A stretch of DNA of 57,587 nucleotides from Candidatus Thorarchaeota archaeon (GCA_004524565.1 SDNZ01000004.1:1-57587); one strand, 5' to 3'; shown: positions 1-9,494, numbered from the stretch's first letter. The notes: generated by a model not told the origin, from the letters alone. Numbers and translations are program-made.

Positions 1-583
1 TCATATCATGCTTGTTCAGACTAGAAATGATGTCAAGAATGATTTCAGCACTTCGAGGATCTAGATTGGATGTTGGCTCGTCTGCGACGAGTATCTTGGG
101 CTTAAGGGCCAGAGTGGCAGCCATAGCCACACGTTGTTGCTCGCCGCCGCTCATCTCGTGAGGATGTTTTTCTCTTAGGTGCTCGAGATCAAGTAGTTCT
201 ATAAGCTCCTCAACTCGACGACGTATCTCAGTCGGTTCGACTCCAAGATTTTCAGGCCCAAAAGCAATCTCTTTCTCAACATTGAGTGTTACAAGTTGGT
301 TCTCTGGTTGTTGAAATACTAATCCTGCAATCGAAGAAAGTTCAGCGACGGTGTTTTCTCGGGTATTCTTTCCGTCAATAATCACATTTCCAGCTATATA
401 TCCACGATGAAACTGCGGTACGAGCGCGTTAATAGTCCGACAGAGAGTAGTCTTTCCACAACCGCTCGGTCCGGTGAGTACTACATATTCACCTTCTTGG
501 ATGGAGAGGTCTATCTTTTTGAGCGCCAGAGTTTCAGCTCCATAATACTTGAAACTAAAATCTTTGAGTTCAATAAGCGGCAC
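1..583 (-). CDS. ecfA: ECF transporter ATPase (EcfA-type), 3' end truncated by the window edge
   Basis: Not in the ORF track. Manual translation from GTG at 583: MPLIELKDFSFKYYGAETLALKKIDL...GPSGCGKT (Walker A), FQQPENQ, MSGGEQQRV, DEPTSNLD. GGAGG lies upstream. Confidence 0.88.
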   Translation of the reverse strand, partial: MPLIELKDFSFKYYGAETLALKKIDLSIQEGEYVVLTGPSGCGKTTLCRTINALVPQFHRGYIAGNVIIDGKNTRENTVAELSSIAGLVFQQPENQLVTLNVEKEIAFGPENLGVEPTEIRRRVEELIELLDLEHLREKHPHEMSGGEQQRVAMAATLALKPKILVADEPTSNLDPRSAEIILDIISSLNKHDM

Positions 584-596
584 TCAGTGAATCCTC

Positions 597-1598
597 CTAT
601 GATTCCTTAGTAGACTCCGTTTTTGTTTCAACTGCAGCTCTTATCAGTTCGACTGCTTTGTCAAGTGCGACATTCAGGTTCTTAGTACCGTTTGCGCCTG
701 CTGCATTAGCATGCCCCCCACCCTTTCCATCTATAATCACACCCAGCGGTTCCATCACATCAGTTCCTAGATTGATCTTCGTATTATCGTAGAATTCTCG
801 TGAGCTTCTCGAGCTAAGACGAACTTTGTCTTTTCCTGGTTTTCCACCGATTATTGCAACATCCGCACCCATTTCAAGTAAGCCTCTGCAGGCACTTGCT
901 TCAAAGGCATTGATTATTGATGTGGCAATGACCCAATCACCAAATAGATGCACCTGAGCCTTACTAGCTGCTTTCAACCGAGCAATTCTCTCTGAACGAT
1001 CGGGACGAATCTGTAATGATTTGATACATTGCTCATAATCAGCTCCAAAATTAAGTAATTTAATTCCAATCTGGAGTGTCTGTAAGTCTGTGTAGAAGAA
1101 TCGACGTGTATCAAATAGGATTCCAGTAAGTAGAAGATTGGCAATAATAGGGTCAATCTTGATATTCAACTCTTCGAAAATATCGACTAGAATTTCACAG
1201 GTAGAAAACCTATCACTTCGTACAATTGTATTGTTTGCGATTGCTCCAACTTCAGGATTAGGTTCATGATGATCTATTACAATCGTCCTACTTGGATCAA
1301 TGGGAATATCTTGAAAGTCAGTCCCAAGTTGTAACCTGCTATTTGTATCTAATATAACGAGTAGATCAAATTTGGTTCCAGGTTTTTCAAGGACCTCTTC
1401 TTTTATTTCAAAGAAATCGAGTACTTGTTTTGAGAGACGACTAATATCGTCGACCATTAGAGCAAAGGAACCTTTGGGATTGATACTCGTGTAGAGTCTT
1501 GAAAAAGCAATCATCGAGCAAATTGCATCAGGATCCGCATTTTGATGGCCCATTATCAGAGGATTCATTGAATTCGCGAGAAGAGTTCTCAGATTCAT
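597..1598 (-). CDS. DHH/DHHA1 family phosphoesterase (NrnA-like)
   Basis: Motifs GHQNADPDA, LDTN, IDHH and GGGHANAAG. Confidence 0.9.
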   Translation of the reverse strand: MNLRTLLANSMNPLIMGHQNADPDAICSMIAFSRLYTSINPKGSFALMVDDISRLSKQVLDFFEIKEEVLEKPGTKFDLLVILDTNSRLQLGTDFQDIPIDPSRTIVIDHHEPNPEVGAIANNTIVRSDRFSTCEILVDIFEELNIKIDPIIANLLLTGILFDTRRFFYTDLQTLQIGIKLLNFGADYEQCIKSLQIRPDRSERIARLKAASKAQVHLFGDWVIATSIINAFEASACRGLLEMGADVAIIGGKPGKDKVRLSSRSSREFYDNTKINLGTDVMEPLGVIIDGKGGGHANAAGANGTKNLNVALDKAVELIRAAVETKTESTKES

Positions 1599-1906
1599 TT
1601 TCCCTTCATCTCCATCAGCTTATTCTCAAGCCACTCCACTCCACAATCAATTGCTTCCTGAAGCAGATCATCAAGATTATGACCAGTATCAAAGGCTTGG
1701 CTGATATCGATGTCTAGGTTTACATCAAGTTGACCATCTAATAAGCTGAGAGAACAGGAGACAAATAGAACTTCTATGCTTTTTTCAGGGATTGCACTTT
1801 TTAGAAAGTCGGTAACGTGGACTTCACATTCTTCTGCCAATTGTTCAATAATTTCTTCAGAGATATCAGGAAGCCCGATATCGATAACTACGCTCATTTC
1901 TCTCAC
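1595..1906 (-). CDS. DUF3194-like archaeal protein
   Basis: IGLPDISEE...LAEECE pattern; usual position downstream of prefoldin beta; 4-nt overlaps with both neighbours. Confidence 0.7.
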   Translation of the reverse strand: MREMSVVIDIGLPDISEEIIEQLAEECEVHVTDFLKSAIPEKSIEVLFVSCSLSLLDGQLDVNLDIDISQAFDTGHNLDDLLQEAIDCGVEWLENKLMEMKGK

Positions 1907-2265
1907 TGAAGACGCAAGTTCTGTTTGGAGAGTTCCATTTGGATCTTGTTCTGAAGCTCCTGGAGCTTCTCAGTCAAACTATCAAGTTGTTTCTTTGTGG
2001 ATGCCAATCTCATTTCCAGAGTTTTCTGTCTATCATCAAGATCGGAAGATAATGTGGGTTTATCGACCTTGAACATTACTTGTCCAACAGCCTTGTAGGT
2101 AACAGTATCATCTGGTTGTTTCTTTAGTTCTTCAAGAGTGCCCTTGACCTCGGTCAACTCGGTCTGAAGTGCCTGTGCCATTGTAGTGAGAGTTTCGTGA
2201 TTTCGTCGCATTGTGTCGAACTTCTGTAGTTCTGCTTCCAATGCGGGTGGTATATTTTGAGCCAT
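1903..2265 (-). CDS. pfdB: Prefoldin beta subunit
   Basis: Two coiled coils around a TYKAVGQVMFK hairpin; superoperon context. Confidence 0.92.
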   Translation of the reverse strand: MAQNIPPALEAELQKFDTMRRNHETLTTMAQALQTELTEVKGTLEELKKQPDDTVTYKAVGQVMFKVDKPTLSSDLDDRQKTLEMRLASTKKQLDSLTEKLQELQNKIQMELSKQNLRLQ

Positions 2266-2340
2266 TCTAGTGCATCTCCCAAAATCATTATGTATGCTAT
2301 TTCAGATTGCGCCATCGGACTTGGGACTTAAGGCTTTGCA

Positions 2341-2607
2341 TCAGGACTTGTCGATAGAATCGATTGTTCTGATGCATGCAGCAATCCAAGCTATATAGGA
2401 GTTAAGTGCAGCACGCATTGCTGTAAGATCATTAGCTACGATTTCAATTAAGAGCGAAGCGCCTTTTACACATACACTTGTTGTTGCTCTTTCAGAAGGG
2501 ATAGACTCTGTTTCAGGCAATAATGCAGAATAGAGAATATTCGCTATTTGTTCAGATTCTAGGGGGATTTCAAGTATGGAACTCCCCTTGACGTCACTCT
2601 GACTCAT
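2341..2607 (-). CDS. pcc1: KEOPS complex subunit Pcc1
   Basis: ALLPE...IVANDLTAMRAALNSYIAW motif; ATG at 2607 chosen after a GGTG RBS. Confidence 0.88.
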   Translation of the reverse strand: MSQSDVKGSSILEIPLESEQIANILYSALLPETESIPSERATTSVCVKGASLLIEIVANDLTAMRAALNSYIAWIAACIRTIDSIDKS

Positions 2608-3166
2608 TTTCACCTAATCTCCTGACCGAACTCACTCGAATTCTTGGACCAATTTCACTCAAGTCTTTCGTATTGTAGTGAGTCCAAAGGATTTTCTCGG
2701 AAGGAGCATCCTCAAGCCAAATTAGTGCTCTATTTTTCTCTGTGCGTCTTTCTGCAGGATCGGATAATTCTTCGATAGTCAAACTCATTATCTCTGCTAA
2801 ACCTCTAGCAAGTTCCAACACGTGACTACTACTCCCAATCTTGACTCCAACTCCTTCGATAGAACCAACACGCCCCTTATTCGAGGAATCAATCTCACGA
2901 CGAAGCAGTGCACTTTCAAGTCGTAACTTGAAAAGTTCGTCACCCTGTGATGAGAGTATAATCATCTCACCAGGATTTCCTTTCCAAATAGAAATAATGA
3001 GTGCAGCTTGTGCACCAGATTGACGGATTCGAGAAGTTAGCTCAGTTAGACCCATTCCTCCACGATTGAAACGCTCTGTTCCAGGGAGAACTGAGGAGAG
3101 ATCACGCGCAAATGAACGGACTCTGTTTGAAGTCCGTCGCGAAGTTGTGATAAGTAAACTCGGCAA
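2594..3166 (-). CDS. Brix-domain (Imp4-like) ribosome biogenesis protein
   Basis: LITTSRRTS.RVRSF, NRG, GNPG and C-terminal IGPRI motifs; TTG start. Confidence 0.88.
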   Translation of the reverse strand: MPSLLITTSRRTSNRVRSFARDLSSVLPGTERFNRGGMGLTELTSRIRQSGAQAALIISIWKGNPGEMIILSSQGDELFKLRLESALLRREIDSSNKGRVGSIEGVGVKIGSSSHVLELARGLAEIMSLTIEELSDPAERRTEKNRALIWLEDAPSEKILWTHYNTKDLSEIGPRIRVSSVRRLGENESE

Positions 3167-3183
3167 GTCAATTCGGCTCGAGA

Positions 3184-3597
3184 TTATTCTTCATCATCAA
3201 GAGGGATATCGTCATCCTCAGATGCTACAATTGTTTCTGCATCGAGTACTACCTCTTCTTCCTCTGTTTCAATATTAGGAAGGAAATCAAGAACATCTTC
3301 AACATCCTCATCATCACGAAGAGCTAAGAAATCTCCAGCAATCCTTTGAGAAATTGCTCGTTTTGCAGCCTTGCCAGCATCAGTGAATGGAACATAGGCA
3401 CCACCTGCGAATAGTAGGTCACACTTGCTACATTTCCAGAGACCAACAGCTTGTCTCTTGAGTGCTCTTGTAGCACATGATGGACAACGAGTTGGCTCGT
3501 TCCTTTTCTTTTCTATATCAAGGACTCGACGACGAAGTTTAGCGCCGTACCTTGGGCCAAATCTACCAGTGCTACCAACCTTCTTGGTTCGTGCCAA
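3184..3597 (-). CDS. rpl37ae: 50S ribosomal protein L37Ae (eL43) with an acidic C-terminal extension
   Basis: GRFGPRYG, CPSC...WKCSKC, FAGGAY; TTG start. Confidence 0.95.
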   Translation of the reverse strand: MARTKKVGSTGRFGPRYGAKLRRRVLDIEKKRNEPTRCPSCATRALKRQAVGLWKCSKCDLLFAGGAYVPFTDAGKAAKRAISQRIAGDFLALRDDEDVEDVLDFLPNIETEEEEVVLDAETIVASEDDDIPLDDEE

Positions 3598-3618
3598 TTT
3601 AATTATCTCCTTGTAATT

Positions 3619-3738
3619 GTGTTGTTTCGTATACGAAACAAGACCGGGCTCTGGAGCCTACCAGTCGCCCGTCTGTTTCTCTTATTAGCCTTACGTTGTG
3701 AAGCAAAGACGGGATGCCCCCGAAAGTGTGGTGCATCC
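3619..3738 (-). ncRNA. Candidate structured RNA element (four adjacent stem-loops) between rrp42 and rpl37ae
   Basis: GGATGC/GCATCC (3712-3717/3733-3738); CCCGTCT/AGACGGG (3668-3674/3707-3713); nested GACYG and GGCT/AGCC stems (3642-3666); perfect 20-bp palindrome TTGTTTCGTATACGAAACAA (3622-3641). Strand assumed from the operon. Confidence 0.5.
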
Positions 3739-3746
3739 TTCAAAGC

Positions 3747-4574
3747 TTATTCAACGTCTTTTACTGCCGCGTTAATCAGGTCCTTGATTTCTTTTGCATT
3801 GTCTAGAGCCATTCCCATGGCTTGGTCAACAAGCTCCAGTGATATAGGACCAGAACCGCCACCCTTCTGAAGAGCTGTAAAATTGTCGTTCTGATCTACA
3901 GCCATTGTTAGCCTGCAGTCCTGAACGAATTCCTCCCTTAGATTTGCATCGATTATCAATCTATTACCAATCTTTGAAACTGTGTGTTCTATTGCGATGT
4001 TTTTGATTGGAAGCTTTACAATGTTTCCAGTTGCAACGACCTTCTTGTCTTCTACCTTCATCTCAGGATATTTGGTTGTCAAGAGTGCTGCATTAACTGC
4101 AATTGATGATGCATCAATAAGATTTCCATCATACTCCAATGGGTAGACATCCGCAAAGACCATGTAGACTTTCTTACCTTCTTCTATGCATAGACTTTTT
4201 GTGTCCACGGTTTCAGATTCACGTACACCACGATCAACTATTCGTGCTAACTCAATCGCATCTTCCTTTGGAGGACCGAGCTCGAATAAAGGAGAAGCAA
4301 TTGGTGACATCTCTGCAGTTACCATTGTAACCCCTTCATCAGGAGAATCTGGATATGGTTCTCCGACCAAGACCTTCACACCTGCTACAACGCTGGTATC
4401 GCCCAATCGTACAAGTGCAGAACCTTCTGCTTTAGCTGGTACGACATTAGCTTCAATCTCAATGTTGCGATATTCATCAAAGGCACGTCCATCAAGTCTT
4501 TCACCCTTTCGGATAAGGTCTTCAATGAACTTACGATCAATGTGACTGAGTGTTTCTGAACTATAGTCACCCAT
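3747..4574 (-). CDS. rrp42: Exosome complex component Rrp42
   Basis: RLDGR..DEYR, AEGSALVRLGDT, ELARIVDRG, DGNLIDA; start placed at ATG 4574 after GGAGG. Confidence 0.95.
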   Translation of the reverse strand: MGDYSSETLSHIDRKFIEDLIRKGERLDGRAFDEYRNIEIEANVVPAKAEGSALVRLGDTSVVAGVKVLVGEPYPDSPDEGVTMVTAEMSPIASPLFELGPPKEDAIELARIVDRGVRESETVDTKSLCIEEGKKVYMVFADVYPLEYDGNLIDASSIAVNAALLTTKYPEMKVEDKKVVATGNIVKLPIKNIAIEHTVSKIGNRLIIDANLREEFVQDCRLTMAVDQNDNFTALQKGGGSGPISLELVDQAMGMALDNAKEIKDLINAAVKDVE

Positions 4575-4575
4575 T

Positions 4576-5376
4576 TTATTCATCCTCCATTATTTCAGAT
4601 TCTCCGAGATCTGCCTCGAGATCATCGTCGAAATCATCTTCACCATCTTCAGGATTTCTGACATAGACGCGTTTTAGGGCGTCTTTCTGAAGCTCATGTA
4701 GATATTTACAGGAATTAATTCCCATCTGCATAGCTTCGATAAGTTCCTCTCTTGTGAAGAAACCATCTTGCTGAAGTAGTGTGATTTCACCAGTTTGTGG
4801 CAAGATAGCCATTGGGACATCACCCTGACCGTATTTGTCTTCTTCATCACCAAGATCTACAAGCAACTGACCATCTGCTTTGCCAACAGCTACAGCAGGT
4901 ACCAGACTCTTCATTGGAATGCCTGCGTCAGCTAGAGCTAGAGAAGCTGCATTGATTGCTGCACAACGAGTTCCACCATCAGCTTGAATGACTTGAATGA
5001 AGACATCAACTACAGCTTTTGGATATTCTTCTAGGAATAATGCAGGTTTCAGCGCGTTTGCAATTACCATTGAGATTTCTTTTTCCCTTCTTGAGGGAGC
5101 AGGTCTCTTTCTATCAGGTACTGAAAACGTAGCCATCCTGTACTCTACTCGTAGATATGCTCTATCATTGAGTGTTAAGTGACGTGGATGTAACTCTCTG
5201 GGTCCATAGACCGCTGCAAGTATGTATGTTTTTCCTTGTCGGATTGATGCTGAACCATCAGCCTGCTTCAACACTCCAACTTTTAGCTCAATTGGTCGTA
5301 ATTCATCGGGTCTTCGACCGTCAACCCTCAAGCCCTCTGGACTAATTAGAAAATCAGGCTTTATTTCTGGACTCAT
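4576..5376 (-). CDS. rrp41: Exosome catalytic subunit Rrp41
   Basis: RVDGRRPDELR, YGPRE, QADGGTR, EEDKYG; acidic tail. Confidence 0.95.
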   Translation of the reverse strand: MSPEIKPDFLISPEGLRVDGRRPDELRPIELKVGVLKQADGSASIRQGKTYILAAVYGPRELHPRHLTLNDRAYLRVEYRMATFSVPDRKRPAPSRREKEISMVIANALKPALFLEEYPKAVVDVFIQVIQADGGTRCAAINAASLALADAGIPMKSLVPAVAVGKADGQLLVDLGDEEDKYGQGDVPMAILPQTGEITLLQQDGFFTREELIEAMQMGINSCKYLHELQKDALKRVYVRNPEDGEDDFDDDLEADLGESEIMEDE

Positions 5377-6296
5377 TATTCGTTCACTTCCTCTGTTTCT
5401 GGTTTATCATCTTCATCAGTTGAAGCCTCAGGTTCAGATTCTTCTTCAACTGGTGCTTCTTCTACTATTTCAGCTTCAGACTCTGCTTCAGCTTCTGGTT
5501 CAGGAGCCTCAATAATTTCAGGTTCGGGCTCGATAACCGTTTCATCTTCAATTGGTTCTTCTTCGTCTACAGTCTCAACTTCTGCACTTGGCTCTTCAGA
5601 GGAATCAGAACCACCCAGTTTTGCAACCTCTTCAGCAAGCATTCTGTTGATCCTATCAGTAAGATTGGATGTGTGTGCTTGATCTTCAATCATTTTGAAA
5701 GCTTTGATTGCTAACCTTAGTCTTTTAACATCTGGAGATTTTATCCAAATTCTACCATTTTGACCTATGACTGTATCAATTCTCAAGTGATCATTAATCA
5801 TGTTGATCATTGATCCTCTTCTACCTATGATACGGGGTATCTTTGCAGGACTGACTTCAAGAACCATCCCGCCCTCTAAGACTTCTAGACCTCGTCCTTT
5901 CATTGAAAGGAATGGACCACTCTGTCTATCAAAAGCAGACACCTCTGCAGAGATAACATCTCCCATATCCATGTATTCTGAAATGTCATCGGAGTAGGGT
6001 CTTCTTAGTGCATTATTTGCATGTAGTGATGCACCATAAGGACCTCCGATGTCAACTTTCCAATTATTTCCAGCCACTAGTGTGATTACACCGATGACCA
6101 AATCACCTTCCTTTGGGATGTAAGCACCTTCAAGCGCAACTACTTTTACTGTGTTACCCCTGAGTTCAGCTAGTCCCATAAGAGAGGAGTATATTTTTCC
6201 GCCCTCATCGTAAGTCCCAAATGATGAGCGATACCTGCCTTCTGCAAGTAACTGCCCTGGGACTACGACTTCACGTTTTTGAAAGTATACTGCCAA
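5376..6296 (-). CDS. rrp4: Exosome RNA-binding cap subunit Rrp4 with a long acidic tail
   Basis: VVPGQ, YIPKEGDLVIG (S1), KIPRIIGRRGSM (KH), GQNGRIW. Confidence 0.93.
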   Translation of the reverse strand: MAVYFQKREVVVPGQLLAEGRYRSSFGTYDEGGKIYSSLMGLAELRGNTVKVVALEGAYIPKEGDLVIGVITLVAGNNWKVDIGGPYGASLHANNALRRPYSDDISEYMDMGDVISAEVSAFDRQSGPFLSMKGRGLEVLEGGMVLEVSPAKIPRIIGRRGSMINMINDHLRIDTVIGQNGRIWIKSPDVKRLRLAIKAFKMIEDQAHTSNLTDRINRMLAEEVAKLGGSDSSEEPSAEVETVDEEEPIEDETVIEPEPEIIEAPEPEAEAESEAEIVEEAPVEEESEPEASTDEDDKPETEEVNE

Positions 6297-6353
6297 TTAT
6301 TGTTCCCTTCTATGATATATTATCAATCTTCAATTTTTTTTATAGGGTCTCAA

Positions 6354-7088
6354 TTATCTAATGACCTCTATTCTGATCTGCCCTTTCGTGAGTTTGTTTA
6401 GCTCGTCATAAAGCTCCTGTCTTTTTTGTGCAGGGAGTTCGAGCAAACCGCTCCAAGACCCATCCAGATTCCAAGACTCTGATTTGATAACTCCAGCATT
6501 TGAAACAAGATTGTACCCTTTCCCAGCATAGGTTGCAGGGATTGTTATTTGGAGCTTCACACTCTCAAAGGAAATTGGAATGATGACTCTGAGAGATTTT
6601 ACAACGATTGGAATTTGTTCATCTACACTGATGAATGGATCAATACGAACCTTTGCCTCTTCTATTGCTTGTCGAATGCGGTCTGGAGGATGGGGATGAC
6701 CTGTTTGAGGATTCATTGCACGTTTTGAAATATGTTCTATGATCGTTTCGGTCTTTTCTTCTACAAGTTGTAGACGCTGTTCATGTGTTAGCCGAAACTC
6801 TCCTTGTTTGATTATTTCCGGAGCAATGTCAAATATCTCATCTGACCCGAAAGCATCCTTAACAAGACTATCGGTAGCGCGTTCTCCTCTTTTTGCATCC
6901 TCATAAACTTCGTAAGATTTGAGAATGTCTTGGATTGGAACATCTTCACCGCGCCTATAATCGAATGCCAAGTTTGGATCAACAAGGATTTCAAATCGAA
7001 GATGACCTTTCTTTATGCCGATGACAACTGCGTCTAGTTCAACCCACTTATCACCAGATTTCTTACCTGAACCTCCACCACCCATCAT
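6354..7088 (-). CDS. Ribosome maturation protein SBDS/Sdo1
   Basis: RFEILVDP, NPQTGHPHPPDRI, IPISFE motifs. Confidence 0.93.
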   Translation of the reverse strand: MMGGGGSGKKSGDKWVELDAVVIGIKKGHLRFEILVDPNLAFDYRRGEDVPIQDILKSYEVYEDAKRGERATDSLVKDAFGSDEIFDIAPEIIKQGEFRLTHEQRLQLVEEKTETIIEHISKRAMNPQTGHPHPPDRIRQAIEEAKVRIDPFISVDEQIPIVVKSLRVIIPISFESVKLQITIPATYAGKGYNLVSNAGVIKSESWNLDGSWSGLLELPAQKRQELYDELNKLTKGQIRIEVIR

Positions 7089-7101
7089 TTGATGTTAACT
7101 C

Positions 7102-7836
7102 CTACTCCTTTTTGCTGGTCTTCGGGGGATTAAGATATCCCTCAATCTCTTTACTCGTCAATTTCTGGAATTTCCTAGTCTTGACTGGAATTATCGCGAT
7201 TTCAACATTATCAGCACTAAGGTCCTTTTCGCTAGTTTCACGAAGTGCTCCTAGGGCAATTTTAATGGCTTCAGAGAGAGACTTGTTTCTCGCATAATGT
7301 GCTTCAAGATATTCTCCAGCCCTTGCTGTGCCTTTACCAATTACTGCAGCGAGGAATCCCCAATATGTTCCAACAGGATCTGTAACAAAGAGCCGAGGTT
7401 TGTTGTCATGATCGACGGATCCAATAATCATCGCAACTCCATACGGTCGTGCGCCTCCACCCTGTGTAAACTCTGCCTTTTTATCACAAATATGTTCAGC
7501 AACAGCTTCTGCTGGGACAAGTTCTTCATAAGTCAACCAGTAGGATTGTGCCTTGATACGAGCCTCATAGATGAGTTTTCTGGCATCAGCCATCAAGCCT
7601 GCAGTAGCTACACCAACATGTTCGTCAATTTTTGAAATCTTTTCAACACTATCAGGTTCTTGGAGGGGTTGTACCCTCTTTTCTGTAAGTAGGATAACAC
7701 CTTCATCAACAAGAACTCCAATGGATGTTTCCCCAAGTTCAACAGCTTTCTTTGCATATTCTGCGGCGAATATTCTTCCATCAGGACTAAAGATACTTGT
7801 ACTCATATCATAGCCCTGTCCAGAGATTCCAAACAT
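7102..7836 (-). CDS. psmA: Proteasome subunit alpha
   Basis: GYD..SIFSPDGR, RPYGV, TDPVG; start moved to ATG 7836 behind GGAGG. Confidence 0.95.
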   Translation of the reverse strand: MFGISGQGYDMSTSIFSPDGRIFAAEYAKKAVELGETSIGVLVDEGVILLTEKRVQPLQEPDSVEKISKIDEHVGVATAGLMADARKLIYEARIKAQSYWLTYEELVPAEAVAEHICDKKAEFTQGGGARPYGVAMIIGSVDHDNKPRLFVTDPVGTYWGFLAAVIGKGTARAGEYLEAHYARNKSLSEAIKIALGALRETSEKDLSADNVEIAIIPVKTRKFQKLTSKEIEGYLNPPKTSKKE

Positions 7837-7862
7837 AATGTATTCCTCCAGGAAATCCAATG

Positions 7863-7927
7863 AACTCGTTGGAAGTCAGAACCTCACAATGTGGGTATTA
7901 GATATCTCCTGACAGTTCCAAAGAGTT
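7863..7927 (-). promoter_or_regulatory. Long stem-loop in the putative psmA 5' leader
   Basis: AACTC/GAGTT, TTGGAA/TTCCAA and GTCAG/CTGAC stack into a 16-bp interrupted stem with an inner CAC/GTG hairpin. Confidence 0.5.
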
Positions 7928-8057
7928 GTGAAGACTCCTAAATTACCGCCTTAGGCACTTTTACCTCTAGGCTTAATCGAAATCTCGGACCTAGCCACAT
8001 AAAGCTTCTGGTGTGCATCAGAAATTTCTTCAGCAGTGTTAGAGTAATCCGAACCAA

Positions 8058-8456
8058 TTATTCTTGTAGTAAGTAGAGATATACTACAAATCCAAGGCAA
8101 AATATTGCACTGACTCCGCCAACCGCGACCCCAAACATGGCCCAGGCAATAGCTACAACAAGAATGAATATTGAAACAACTTCCAACCATCCAGCTCGAA
8201 CTTCCGAGAGGAACAATCTAAGATTGATCACAGTAACGGATAAGAAAATGAACATGCCAAGGATTGTAAGAGCTTCAATAACGACTGTCAAAAAGGGATT
8301 GAAACCATTAAGCGCACCAACAGGACTTGTGGAGATGATGTCATCAGCAGACCATACCCAAAGTGTAAGTCCAATGATTAGAAAAATCACTGAAAATATG
8401 ACTGTAATCACTGTAGATCGTATAATTTCGCTTCTATCTGAGACATCTTCACTCAC
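8058..8456 (-). CDS. Small four-helix membrane protein, unknown function
   Basis: Four hydrophobic segments; GTG start after GGTG. Confidence 0.7.
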   Translation of the reverse strand: MSEDVSDRSEIIRSTVITVIFSVIFLIIGLTLWVWSADDIISTSPVGALNGFNPFLTVVIEALTILGMFIFLSVTVINLRLFLSEVRAGWLEVVSIFILVVAIAWAMFGVAVGGVSAIFCLGFVVYLYLLQE

Positions 8457-8549
8457 TGTTGTTCACACCGACCTTGGAAATCGAGAATTTCTGTTTCACT
8501 CTTAAACATACCGACGGAATCAATGTTGTTCGAGGGGGTAGATTTGCTT

Positions 8550-9494
8550 TTAGTGTTCATGTTCATCTTCATGCTCGTGGGACAATGATTGAATCCAAGT
8601 TACCTTCAAATCATCAGGATATAATGCAGGGTCATCAATGTCCACGTCAACCTTTTCTTTCAGTCTCTTAATTTGAAGTGCAAGAATGTATGATAGAGCA
8701 GCAAGAATGCCTGCAATTGCACTTGGAGATACGAATACAACAAATGACGTGGCGATACCAGCTAATTCAGCGATAAGTGCGATGAGAAAGACGGAAAATA
8801 TCACACCACGTACAGATTTCACCAACTCATTTGATGCAGCAGCAGGTGCTACCATGATAGCATAGACAAGTATGGCTCCAACTGCCTTCGTTGCTAGTGC
8901 GATAGCTAGTGCAGACACTATAAGCATGAGATAATGATACGCTCTAGCATTCATCCCGTGTGCAGTTGAACCTTCCATGTCGACACTGACATAGACAAAT
9001 TCTTTGTTAAACATCAATGTAATGACTGCCAGCAAAAGCGTTGTACTACCCAGCATGATGATATCCAAATCATTGAGGAGAAGTATGTCCCCAATCAAGT
9101 AACCCCAGATCTGAGGAACTCTGTATGGAGGTATATAGTACATCAAAAAGACTGCAAAACTCATGGATAGAGCAAAGGAAACCCCCACAGCCACCTCCAT
9201 TTTTTGAGTAATTCCAGACTCACCAGCATACCCAGTAAATGCAGCCACTAGCACACTAAATAGAAGCGCACCTAGAATCGGGTCAAACCATGGAACTAAA
9301 CCTGAATCTTGAAGAAAGATACCTAATGCTGTGCCTCCTAAAGCAGCATGAGCTACTCCAGAAGCCATGAAGGAGAGACCTCTGAACACTAGGAATGTTC
9401 CACTAGCAGCAGCAACAATTGCAATCAGCAGGGCTCCGAGAATCGCGCGTTGCAGGAACGGACTCTCAATGATTATCTGTATGATATCAATCAT
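8550..9494 (-). CDS. znuB: Metal (Zn/Mn-type) ABC transporter permease
   Basis: FLVFRGLSF..GVAHAALGG, YLIGDIL, VGAILV; His-rich C-terminal tail. Confidence 0.9.
   Translation of the reverse strand: MIDIIQIIIESPFLQRAILGALLIAIVAAASGTFLVFRGLSFMASGVAHAALGGTALGIFLQDSGLVPWFDPILGALLFSVLVAAFTGYAGESGITQKMEVAVGVSFALSMSFAVFLMYYIPPYRVPQIWGYLIGDILLLNDLDIIMLGSTTLLLAVITLMFNKEFVYVSVDMEGSTAHGMNARAYHYLMLIVSALAIALATKAVGAILVYAIMVAPAAASNELVKSVRGVIFSVFLIALIAELAGIATSFVVFVSPSAIAGILAALSYILALQIKRLKEKVDVDIDDPALYPDDLKVTWIQSLSHEHEDEHEH

Noticed and set aside
3619-3738. 5S rRNA, tRNA or hammerhead ribozyme
   Set aside because: No 5S consensus, no cloverleaf with a T-loop, and no CUGANGA core on either strand.
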